A stretch of DNA of 64,000 bases from the IMG/VR virus record IMGVR_UViG_3300049571_000258, positions 6,186 to 70,185 of that record. The stretch is one strand, 5' to 3'. A model generated the notes under the pieces. The model saw nothing but the letters and a program-made list of their open reading frames with translations, was not told the DNA's origin and ran no database searches. Shown in pieces: positions 55,524 to 64,000 of the stretch (position 1 is the stretch's first letter; every line of letters starts with the position of its first letter). Source of the stretch: a virus (Duplodnaviria; Heunggongvirae; Uroviricota; Caudoviricetes). Position numbers and translations under genes: made by a program.

Positions 55524-58500
55524 CGCGCATGCTACGGGACGAGTACCCAGCCGACAGCGTCGGTACCGGTCGACCGAAGCCCAGCGACGGGTCGTGTCGC
55601 AACTGCGGCGAGCGGCCGGGCACAGAGAAGTACAGCGCCTCTGGTGGTGCCCTCGACTTCATCCACGGCAGCTACCAGATGTGGTGCAGGGTTTGCGTCC
55701 TGGAGGCGCAGCTCTCGCACGCCCGAGAGCGCGCTGCGGCGATCCCCGACTTGGAGCGTCAACTTCAGGAGGCGCGCGATGCCCTCTGACGCGCCTGTCC
55801 CCGAGTGCGAGGCCATCGCCAGCTTTCAGGATCACGTCCACGACCTGATCGACGCCGAGATCGACCGGCAGGACGAGATCCACCCGCAGGGCTACGCAGC
55901 CGACCGCGACGGCGCCCGCTTCGGCCTGTGCACCGTCGAGGACGAGCTACGCGAGGCGGTCCAGGCGTGGCGCGATGAACGCCGCGTAGACAACTGGCTC
56001 GCCACCGAAGAGGAGTTGACCCAGGCGCTGGCCGTCGGTGCGCGCCTGCTCCGGTCGCTCGTGAAGGCACGTTCCGATGCTCTCAGCACCACGCGCGCGG
56101 ACGGCCACCACAAGTTCTGTTCGACGGCTGGCGGCGATCCGAACGAGTGCAGCTGCCTACCACGCGAGTCGAGCCGAAAGGGCGTGAACGATGGCTAAGC
56201 GCATCGTCGGCATCCGGTTCGATCACGTCACATCGGCGGAGATCACAGGGGAGTGCCGAGCGAACCGGGGCGTGGACGGCGCGTGGGAGGAGGCCGTCGC
56301 ACGACTGCGGCGTGAGTACGAGGCGGTCGTCGCCGGATGGCGCGATGAACCCGAGCAACCGACGTTGTGGCTGATGCTCGACCTGGAGCGCCCCCTGCCG
56401 CGCGCTATGACCGATTTGGAGGCGCAAGGATGACCCAGATGGTGTCCGAGGCCGCTCGCGGTGTGGGCCTGGTCGTGCTGGTGCTCGTCCCGTGGTTCGC
56501 TGGCCTGTTCTTCGGAGGAGGGCTGCTCGCCTACGCGCTCGGCGCGAACCCGTACATCGGCGCGCTGATCGCGATGGCCGCGTGGATCATCGCGCTGTCC
56601 GTCGTCCTGCAACGCGCTTGGAATCAGCATGCCCCGGACAAGGAGGATCGGCTGTGAGCAGCTGGATCAAGGGCACGCTGTGGGTGTGGTTCGGGCGCGA
56701 CCCTGCCCGCCCCCTGCGACCGTGGAAGCGCGCCACTCCGGACAACAACCAGCCGGGAGGAGAGGACCGATGAAGTGCTCGGACTGCAACCGCGAGTTGG
56801 AAGTCGGCGACCGCTACATCGAGGACTCGGCCAGCGCGTTTCTCGGCCGCGACGCTGACCCCGAGATCGATGGCCTGATCGCGGACATCCTCGGTGGCAC
56901 CGGCGGCAAGGTCGTCTACTGCGAGGACTGCACGCAGGAGGGTGGCCACTGGAAGCTCAACACCGTCTACGGCGACGAGGAGGCCGCGTAGCCCATGCCT
57001 TCCCATCTTTCGGTGCGGCAGGAGGCGGCCCGTGTGGCCGCTCACATCGGCAAGGCCATCGACTACCTGCGCGAGGGCGACGCCGCCAACGCGGAGTTGT
57101 GCCTCATCGACGCTGCGAGCCTCTGCGAGTTCGAGTTGTCCAGGGCGATCGAGGCATAGCGACGAGGAGGAAGCGATGATGGACGGCATGACCCGTGAAG
57201 AGTTCATCCGCGACGTCCGCGAGTATTGGGTGAGCGTCACGCGCGACAAGGCGGTGTACCGCCGTGTCTGAGTCGCAGATCCCCAAGAGCATCTGCCATC
57301 GCTGCGACAGCGACGGCGTGATCGCCAATCACGTCACCGGTCTCGCGGAGGCGTGCCCGGACTGCGGCGGTCGACGCCTGACCAACGACGAGGTCCGGCA
57401 GGCGCATGCTCTCAGCACGTCGTATCCGACAGGAGGGGCCCAATGATCGGCCTGATCGACGCCGTGACAAACGTCGCCCTCGGCCACGAAGAGATGTGCG
57501 ATTGCGTGGTCTGTCGCGCCGCTGCTGGCGACCGTGACGCGATGGAGGAGTGTATCGCTGCGCGTGCACGAGCGCTGAACGCCCACCGGCCTACTCCGAG
57601 CCGAAAGGGCGCGAACGATGGCTGATCTACTCGACACTGGACACCACGACCGCCGGTTGCGGCGACGGTTGCGCAATCCGTGGTTCGCCTTCTGGTTCTA
57701 CGTGGCGAAGTACCGCATTAGTCGCTCCGCGAGCCGAAAGGGCGTTGGATGATGAGCTACACCACAAGCGCGCCGAAGATCGCCAAGGCCACAGCACCGG
57801 CGCGATGCAAGGACCACCGATGATGGCGCTGAATCGCGACGGATACACGGGCCTGGTGCTCACTCTCACCGATCCGGCTGGCCAAGAACTGGCCCGGATC
57901 GATTGGCAGGAAGCGGTTGCGCGCCTTGCCGAACCGCACGGCACGGACGCATTCGCCTACGCCTACGCGCACTCGCTACTGCGCACGGCATTCCCAGAGG
58001 TCGACAACGCCCGCTTCGATGCTCTCAGCACTCAGCAGAAGGGAGGCAACGGTGCCTGACCGGATGTTGGTGTTTGACGCTGTCCTCTGGGGCGGCAAGG
58101 ACACAGGGGACAACCGCCAGTTCATGAAGGAGGCCGAGATCCTCGATCGCTACCTCCAGCGCGAGGGCTATGGCGAGCTGGCGACGGTGCGCTTCCTGCA
58201 CGACGGGCGGGTGAGTCGCGGTCACTTCGTCGACTGCATGGAGCCTGTCGTTACGAGCCGGGAGCGCGCGAATGGCTGAGCTAGCACCTGGCCTGTTCGT
58301 GAGCGACTGGATCACGCCCGGTTTCATCTACCAGCTCGACCTGCGCCAGATCACCGGAGATGGTGACAGCGGCATGGCGGGCACCGGACGCGGCGTCGCC
58401 CTCAGCACGTCGACCTGGCGGCGGATCGACGGCGCCGAGCGCGAGCGGCTTCTGGATGACCTGACGCGCCGCTCAGCCGAGTGGGGTATCGAGCGTTTGG

Positions 58501-58752
58501 CTGGGCACCTCGCACGCGTTTTGACCGAGGGGGATTCAGGTGGCTGACCTCTCACCCGAGGCGCAGTCCGTGCTCTCGGCGCTCCGCGCAGCCAGGGCGC
58601 AGGTCGAGGAGATGCATTCCGGCGACACAGCCTTCGTCATGACGGCTTCGCTACTCAGGAGTGCGGAGCGCCTGCTGCACGACGGCAAGGCGGGTGAAGC
58701 GGATGCCGTATTGCAGGCGACGCTCACGGCCGTGCGCGCGGCCTGGCGATAG
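55520..58752 (+). other. Array of about 15 small coupled hypothetical genes (e.g. 55520-55789, 56191-56433, 56430-56657, 56770-56991, 56995-57159, 57264-57446, 57443-57625, 57618-57752, 57819-58059, 58052-58279, 58272-58547, 58540-58752)
   Basis: Overlapping start/stop codons, RBSs and several CxxC motifs. Confidence 0.7.
55779..56198 (+). CDS. MazG-like all-alpha NTP pyrophosphohydrolase (tentative)
   Basis: 'VEDELREAVQA...EEELTQALAV..RLL' acidic helical pattern. Confidence 0.45.
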   Translation: MPSDAPVPECEAIASFQDHVHDLIDAEIDRQDEIHPQGYAADRDGARFGLCTVEDELREAVQAWRDERRVDNWLATEEELTQALAVGARLLRSLVKARSDALSTTRADGHHKFCSTAGGDPNECSCLPRESSRKGVNDG

Positions 58753-58808
58753 TTCCGTCCTCCCCCCGTCATAGGGTGTCGCGCACACCCACCGACCAGG
58801 GAGGACTC

Positions 58809-59102
58809 ATGGCCACCAACACGGCCCCCAAGCCCGCCGCGAAGGCGGAGAAGACGGGCCTCACGGACTACGTCATCTTGAAGGTCCACACGCTCGACGG
58901 CACGGGCGGGAAGACGGTCTTCGAGGAGTTCGCGCGCGTCCCGGCGCGCCAGGGTCAGCCCGCGATCAAGCTGGCGACCCTTCGCGAGGACGGCGCACAC
59001 GAGCCGGGGACCTATAGGGCGGTCACGGCGAGCACGTGGGACGCTCCCTCCAACCGGCTGTCGATCAAGACCGAGACGAAGCCGGTCTCCGTCTTCGAGT
59101 AG
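58809..59102 (+). CDS. Hypothetical protein
   Basis: GGGAGG RBS; 97 aa. Confidence 0.6.
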   Translation: MATNTAPKPAAKAEKTGLTDYVILKVHTLDGTGGKTVFEEFARVPARQGQPAIKLATLREDGAHEPGTYRAVTASTWDAPSNRLSIKTETKPVSVFE

Positions 59103-59141
59103 CGATCCCTCGCGCACTTCTGGGCGGCCTACGCTTTCGGT

Positions 59142-59291
59142 ATGGCCGCTCAGCCCACCCCCCTATACACCGTGCGCTGCAAGGACTGCAAGCACAACAC
59201 GCTGCTCACGGAGGTGGCGCTGGCAGCCTGGAAGCGGTGCGCGATGTGTGGCTCGACAGACGTCGTCATCAGGAGGAAGCGTGGTAGTTGA
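59142..59291 (+). CDS. Small zinc-ribbon protein (49 aa, leaderless)
   Basis: 'CKDC...CAMCGS'; TACGCT -10 6 nt before the ATG. Confidence 0.55.
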   Translation: MAAQPTPLYTVRCKDCKHNTLLTEVALAAWKRCAMCGSTDVVIRRKRGS

Positions 59292-59592
59292 GTTGGTCGG
59301 TGGCCCGTTGGACGGACGGCGCAAGCCGATCACGAGCCGTCTGCCGGACCACGTGTTCGTCTACACGAAGGGCGAGGGTCAGCGCGCCCCGATCTCCTTC
59401 TACCGCTCGCGCGGCTCCGGCCGCGAGTTCTACAAGCTGCTGGAGCAGCAGAAGACGTCCAGCGGCGACACCGCCTACATCTACCTCTATGCGGGGCACC
59501 GGCTCCTTCACTGCGAGGGCTGTGGCGCGTTCCACGAGCGCACAGAGGAGATGGTCTGTACCGCTTGCGGGGGCAGGCTCGTCACAACCTGA
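59281..59592 (+). CDS. Hypothetical protein with C-terminal zinc ribbon
   Basis: AGGAGG RBS; 'LVGGPLDG...CEGC...CTACG'. Confidence 0.6.
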   Translation: MVVELVGGPLDGRRKPITSRLPDHVFVYTKGEGQRAPISFYRSRGSGREFYKLLEQQKTSSGDTAYIYLYAGHRLLHCEGCGAFHERTEEMVCTACGGRLVTT

Positions 59593-59632
59593 TGTAGCTG
59601 TGCGCTCATCGTGAGCTAGTGTCCAGCACACG

Positions 59633-60160
59633 ATGGGAGACAAGCCCGCACGCAAGCCTCGCTCGAACCTGACGGCGGCACAACAGGTCGAGCGCAACGC
59701 AAACCTGTGCCGCGAGCGCGCGCGCGGCAAGTCGTGGGCCTACCTCGCCGAGAAGTACAGCGTCTCTGAGTCGACGGCGAAGCGCGCCTGGGCGGAGTTC
59801 CGCGACAACCGCAAGCCGAAGCTCGCCGGGCGCGACCCCTTCGACATCGTGTGGGAGTCGGTGGAGCGCTACGAGGAGTGGATCGAGTGGGCGTCGGAGG
59901 CCGCCGACGAGGCCGACAACTCGTCCGCGCGCGTCGGCGCGATCAACACGATGGCCCGCCTTCAGGCGATGCGCGACGACCTCCTCCAGAAGTCCGGCAT
60001 CCTGCCCCAGAACCTCGGCAAGCTGAAGGTAGAGCACGACGTCCGCTTCATCGCCGCCCAGTTCGTCCAGATCCTCGCCGAGGACAATGTTCCTATCGAG
60101 ACGCGCAAGAAGCTGCTGGCCGCCCTGGGCCGCGGGAGCGACGTCGTCGACCAGAACTGA
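59633..60160 (+). CDS. terS: Terminase small subunit
   Basis: N-terminal HTH 'RARGKSWAYLAEKYSVSESTAKR' then helical region; upstream of terL. Confidence 0.7.
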   Translation: MGDKPARKPRSNLTAAQQVERNANLCRERARGKSWAYLAEKYSVSESTAKRAWAEFRDNRKPKLAGRDPFDIVWESVERYEEWIEWASEAADEADNSSARVGAINTMARLQAMRDDLLQKSGILPQNLGKLKVEHDVRFIAAQFVQILAEDNVPIETRKKLLAALGRGSDVVDQN

Positions 60161-60393
60161 TGCGTTGCCGCAACCCCGACTGCTCGCGGCAGGCTGAGCC
60201 GGATGGCCGATGGTGCGGCGTGTGCAACGAGTTCTACGCGCGCGTGCGCGCCGAGCTTGAGGTCGGCCACACCGGCAGTCTCGCGCGCCAGACCTACGGT
60301 CGCTGCAAGTCGTTCGACTGCACCGACCCGCGCAATCCGAAGACGAAGACGGGCTACTGCATCGACTGCGAGCGCAAGAGGGGGCTGGCGTGA
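60160..60393 (+). CDS. Small Cys-rich protein
   Basis: Two C-x4-C...CxxC clusters. Confidence 0.55.
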   Translation: MRCRNPDCSRQAEPDGRWCGVCNEFYARVRAELEVGHTGSLARQTYGRCKSFDCTDPRNPKTKTGYCIDCERKRGLA

Positions 60394-62927
60394 GCGGCGG
60401 CTACGACGCGTGGCGGCGCAAGCAGGCCGACGAGGTCGACATGTCGATGTCGGCGGTCGACGCCATGGCGGAGGCGATGGCGCAGCAGATCGAGGCCGAA
60501 GAGGACCGCACGATGCCCTTCTACGACTGGGCGGTGCGGATCCCGGAGCCGAAGACCGGCACACTGAGCTTCCAGCGCTTCCCGTTCCAGGAGGAGCTAT
60601 ACCGCGAGGCGGCAGGCGACTACGAGATGTGCGTGAAGAAGTGCCTGCACCCCGACACGCGGGTGCTGACGGCCGATTTGCGTTGGGTGCGGATCGACGA
60701 CCTGGAGGTTGGAGACAGGCTCGTAGCCTGCGACGAGGAGCCGCAGGGGACGCGCAGGGCCTATCGCGCGGCGACCGTGGAGGCACGCTGGGACACGGAG
60801 CAGGAGGAGGTGGAGCTACGGATGGTCGACGGGCGGATCGTGCGCGCCACACCGAACCACCGCCTACTCGTTCGCCGCGGTAGGCGCCAGCTTTGGCGCG
60901 AGGTTCGTGACCTACGCCCCGGTGACTGCCTGCGTCATGTAACCACCCCGTTTCCCGAGCGCGACCACGAGGACGCCTGGATGGCGGGCATCATCGACGG
61001 GGAAGGGTGGGTAGCGCGACGCAAGGCGGGCTGTGAGGTGGTCATCACACAGCGGCCCGGCCCGGTCCTAGACGCTGTTCGCAACTACCTCCTACGACGC
61101 GGCTACAAGTTCCGAGAGTCCCTGGAGCCGCGCCCGAACGGCAAGTCGGTAGGGCGTATCTCGATCTCCGCGACGGGTGAGGTCATGAGGCTGCTCGGTG
61201 CCACACGGCCGGTGCGCTCCTGGGGTGAGTGGTGGGAAGGTGTTGCGTTCGGCGGCCAGGGCAACGCCTGGACGCCTATTGAGAGCATCGCCACTGGCGC
61301 GGTGCGCCGCATGGTGGACCTCCAGACCAGCACCGGGACCTACATTGCAGAGGGCTTCGTGTCGCACAACAGTACGCAGGTCGGCGTGTCGGCCTACCTC
61401 GTGCGCTGGACGATGTACTGGGCCGACGTCCGCGGCCTCACCGCCCTGTACGTCTTCCCGAAGACGACGCAGCTGCTGGACTTCTCCGACGCCCGCGTCC
61501 GGCCACTCGTGCTCGGGTCAGAGTACCTGCGCAAGCGCGTCCCGGCGCTGCATGTCCAGAATAAGGGCCTGAAGCAGATCGGCTTGGGCTACGTCTACTA
61601 CCGCGGCTCGGAGTCGACGCACGGCTTGGAGTCGGTCGACGCCGATGCGCTTGCGCTCGACGAGTACGACATCCTGACGCCGTCGAACATCCCCGTCGCC
61701 GAGCGGCGCGTGTCCGGCTCGATGCACCCGATGATCCGCCGCGTCGGCGTGCCGATCTACCCGGACTGGGGCGTGTCGAAGAAGTACGACGCGTCCGACA
61801 TGCGCCGGTGGATGGTGAAGTGTTCGCACTGCGGCGAGTGGCAGCACCTGACGTTCTGGGACAACGTCGACCAGGAGAAGGCGATCCGGGTCTGCGTGAA
61901 GTGCCGCAAGTCGATCGAGGACGACATCGGCAAGGGCCAGTGGGCGGCGGAGTTCCCCAGTCGTGACGTCCGCGGCTATCACATCCCGCGCCTGATCGTG
62001 CCGGGGCTGGCCCCGGCGGGGCTGGACCTGAAGGCGATCATCGCGAACTCCAAGAAGCGCTCCGGCCCGGAGGTGCGCAACTTCTTCAACCGCGACTTGG
62101 GCGAACCCTTCATGGAGGAGGGCGGGCGCCTGTCGCGCGAGGACATCGCCGCGACGACGCGCGAGTTCGGGATGTCCAGCAGCTACTCCGGCCCGGAACT
62201 CGTGACGATGGGCGTGGATGTTGCCTCCAAGCGTGACCTGAACGTGCGCATCTCGCTGCACAACCTGCGTGACCGCACGAAGGGTGCGCTGTGGATCGGC
62301 GTGGTCCCGAGCTTCGACGACGTCGTGCGCTTGATGCGCCAGTACGACGTGAAGATGTGCTGCATCGACCACATGCCCGAGTACCGGCAGGCGCGCAACG
62401 TCGCCGAGATGTTCCCCGGCCGGGTGTACCTCGTGAAGTACGTCACGACGGCGCAGGTCATCAACGTGGACGAGGAGCTTCGCGAGGTCGGCATCCGGCG
62501 CACGGAGACCATCGACGCCGTCGTGCAGATGATCCGCGAGCAGCGCAACCACCTCCCGGAGAACTTGCCCGACGAGTACGTCGAGCAGATGACCGCCCCG
62601 CTGCGCATCGTCGAGAAGGACGAACTCGACCGGGTGAAGGTCAAGTGGACCAAGCCGGACGAGAACGACAAGGACGACTACATGCACGCGGAGGCCTACG
62701 ACCTCATCGCGGGCGAGATGTGGAAGATCCGCCAGGAGGTTGCCGAGGCTGAGCGCGAGGTGCTGACGCCCCTGGACGAGATGATGCAGTTCCAGCGCAC
62801 TGACATCGGGGACTGGCAGGCGGGTGACGGCGAGTACAGCGAGGGTCGCCGGATCGCGCTAGAGGACGGGTTCGTTGAGCACGACCCCGATGACTACAGC
62901 CCTGGGTTTGGCGGCGACTACTGGTAG
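60390..62927 (+). CDS. terL: Terminase large subunit (GpA family), intein-containing
   Basis: Spliced P-loop 'KK|STQVGVS'; Walker B 'ALDEYD'; CxxC...CxxC zinc finger; nuclease 'GVDV' motif. Confidence 0.92.
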   Translation: MSGGYDAWRRKQADEVDMSMSAVDAMAEAMAQQIEAEEDRTMPFYDWAVRIPEPKTGTLSFQRFPFQEELYREAAGDYEMCVKKCLHPDTRVLTADLRWVRIDDLEVGDRLVACDEEPQGTRRAYRAATVEARWDTEQEEVELRMVDGRIVRATPNHRLLVRRGRRQLWREVRDLRPGDCLRHVTTPFPERDHEDAWMAGIIDGEGWVARRKAGCEVVITQRPGPVLDAVRNYLLRRGYKFRESLEPRPNGKSVGRISISATGEVMRLLGATRPVRSWGEWWEGVAFGGQGNAWTPIESIATGAVRRMVDLQTSTGTYIAEGFVSHNSTQVGVSAYLVRWTMYWADVRGLTALYVFPKTTQLLDFSDARVRPLVLGSEYLRKRVPALHVQNKGLKQIGLGYVYYRGSESTHGLESVDADALALDEYDILTPSNIPVAERRVSGSMHPMIRRVGVPIYPDWGVSKKYDASDMRRWMVKCSHCGEWQHLTFWDNVDQEKAIRVCVKCRKSIEDDIGKGQWAAEFPSRDVRGYHIPRLIVPGLAPAGLDLKAIIANSKKRSGPEVRNFFNRDLGEPFMEEGGRLSREDIAATTREFGMSSSYSGPELVTMGVDVASKRDLNVRISLHNLRDRTKGALWIGVVPSFDDVVRLMRQYDVKMCCIDHMPEYRQARNVAEMFPGRVYLVKYVTTAQVINVDEELREVGIRRTETIDAVVQMIREQRNHLPENLPDEYVEQMTAPLRIVEKDELDRVKVKWTKPDENDKDDYMHAEAYDLIAGEMWKIRQEVAEAEREVLTPLDEMMQFQRTDIGDWQAGDGEYSEGRRIALEDGFVEHDPDDYSPGFGGDYW
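60642..61370 (+). mobile_element. Intein (243 aa) with LAGLIDADG-type endonuclease region
   Basis: Starts Cys 'CLHPDTRV', block B 'ATPNHRLL', 'WMAGIIDGEG', ends 'GFVSHN' followed by a Ser extein. Confidence 0.93.
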
Positions 62928-62938
62928 ACTGCCCGCTC

Positions 62939-63103
62939 GTGGGTCGCATCTGGTACTACGCGCCTTGGACTCTCACGAACCCGTGGGGACCGCCGCTTTG
63001 GCGTGGTGGGGATGAGTGGGGTCGCGCAACCATCGTGATCCAGCCCCCCCTTCTCGGCGCCCTCGTGATCGCCTACGGGCGGCCGGACCTAGAGACGCCA
63101 TAG
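62939..63103 (+). CDS. Small hypothetical protein (54 aa)
   Basis: 'WRGGDEWGRATIVIQPPLLGALVIAY'; below the ORF-track cutoff. Confidence 0.5.
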   Translation: MGRIWYYAPWTLTNPWGPPLWRGGDEWGRATIVIQPPLLGALVIAYGRPDLETP

Positions 63104-63146
63104 CCGCGCCGGGTGGTCCGGCGCGGCGCTCCGTCTGGAGGTCCGC

Positions 63147-63455
63147 ATGCCGAGGCACACCCATCCCGCTCCGCGCCATCGCCACGATCGCGCGCATATC
63201 CGCTTCCACCGCGACCGCTGGGTCCGCAAGCGCGGTCGGCAGTTCCGCCGCGTCTCGGCCAACCCGGCCAGGAGGCGACCCAGCGAGGCGGAGAAGCTGG
63301 CCGGGTCGTGGGGGGTCCACGACGACGAGCAGATGTGGCTGGGTTGCCATCGCGCGAACTGCGGTCTGTGCGGCTACCTGGAGGTTGACGGCGACCGCAC
63401 CCGGCGGGAGCGCCTGGCGATGAAGGTCGAGTTGGAGGCGTCCGACTTGAGCTAA
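63147..63455 (+). CDS. Basic hypothetical protein
   Basis: GGAGG RBS; Arg/His-rich with a 'CH..NCGLC' motif. Confidence 0.55.
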   Translation: MPRHTHPAPRHRHDRAHIRFHRDRWVRKRGRQFRRVSANPARRRPSEAEKLAGSWGVHDDEQMWLGCHRANCGLCGYLEVDGDRTRRERLAMKVELEASDLS

Positions 63456-63500
63456 CGTCGTGCGCTATGCTGTGCACTAATCCGACCAGGAGGTAGCCGA

Positions 63501-63851
63501 GTGGCCGCTACGAAGCAGCAGATCCTCGCCGATATCGACGAGACCATCCGTTTCCACCGCAACGAGGTGGCAGACCTGGAGCGCGCCGCGGCGCTGCTCC
63601 GCAAGGGGGCCGCGCCCGCGCGTAAGCGCCAGCGTGTCTCACCGTCCCGCGCCGCCGGTCGCCAAGCGATCGAGCGCGTGGGCGACGTCCTGCGTGAGGT
63701 CGGCACGACGACGCAGGCCGAGATCACGAAGCGCACCGGGCTGAACTCCGGCACGGTGTCGCACGCGCTGCACGTCCTCCAGGAGGAGGGCAAGGCAGCG
63801 CCGACCGGGGAGCGCCAGGCGCGCTCGCTGGTCTGGGAGCCGCAGGCCTGA
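63501..63851 (+). CDS. Winged-HTH DNA-binding protein
   Basis: 'TTQAEITKRTGLNSGTVSHALHVLQEEGKA'; AGGAGG RBS. Confidence 0.75.
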   Translation: MAATKQQILADIDETIRFHRNEVADLERAAALLRKGAAPARKRQRVSPSRAAGRQAIERVGDVLREVGTTTQAEITKRTGLNSGTVSHALHVLQEEGKAAPTGERQARSLVWEPQA

Positions 63852-64000
63852 TGGCCTGGGACCTCTCGCAGGATGAGCAGTCGGCAGTGATGGCCGCCGT
63901 ATGGGCGGCCATCCAGCCGTGGTGGCTCGACGCGGAGGCGGTTCGCGCGCGCGGGTTGGGAACCGAGGTCAAGTTTGTCGAGGAGGACGGCGTACGGATG
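63851..64000 (+). CDS. Hypothetical protein, 3'-truncated
   Basis: TGATG-coupled ATG; open to the window end. Confidence 0.45.
   Translation, partial: MAWDLSQDEQSAVMAAVWAAIQPWWLDAEAVRARGLGTEVKFVEEDGVRM

Noticed and set aside
62939-63030. tRNA-like appearance (tggta, 3' acca) after terL
   Set aside because: No T-arm or acceptor stem could be formed; better explained by a 54-aa ORF.
1-64000. Many long antisense or alternate-frame ORFs (e.g. 8348-9931-, 22123-23940-, 44099-45706-, 17621-19321+)
   Set aside because: Shadow ORFs typical of high-GC DNA: Arg/Ala/Pro-rich, no motifs, fully overlapping well-supported genes.

Overview
The whole window is a high-GC tailed-phage genome segment with no host housekeeping genes. 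It looks like a contractile-tailed (myovirus/PBSX-like) phage of Actinomycetota; a Lys-rich 'CKVGYKKK...KCVKKKHH' motif and an FN3 module hint at a Thermoleophilia/Solirubrobacterales host (inference). Order: (1) 1-7.5 kb large Ig/lectin/Gly-rich virion accessory proteins, one fused to a metallophosphoesterase; (2) three tRNAs (Asp, Trp, His); (3) prohead protease/scaffold, decoration protein, major capsid; (4) a reverse-strand block of small genes; (5) neck, sheath, tube, tail chaperone with a probable -1 frameshift, tape measure with peptidoglycan-hydrolase domains, baseplate, fibres; (6) lysis genes; (7) HD hydrolase, Bet, RecB-like nuclease, replication initiator, DnaB, RusA, HNH, DUF932; (8) secreted proteins (a paralogue of a virion domain, a collagen, a transglycosylase) flanking an HTH regulator; (9) SSB, Ku, an array of small genes with repeated boundary sequences; (10) terS and an intein-interrupted GpA-type terL. 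No integrase or portal is visible. The most notable unannotated signals are a 17-bp imperfect palindrome at about 14 promoter regions (a candidate genome-wide operator network) and a signal-peptide protein sharing a domain with the giant virion protein. All calls come from reading the sequence and ORF track; no searches were run.
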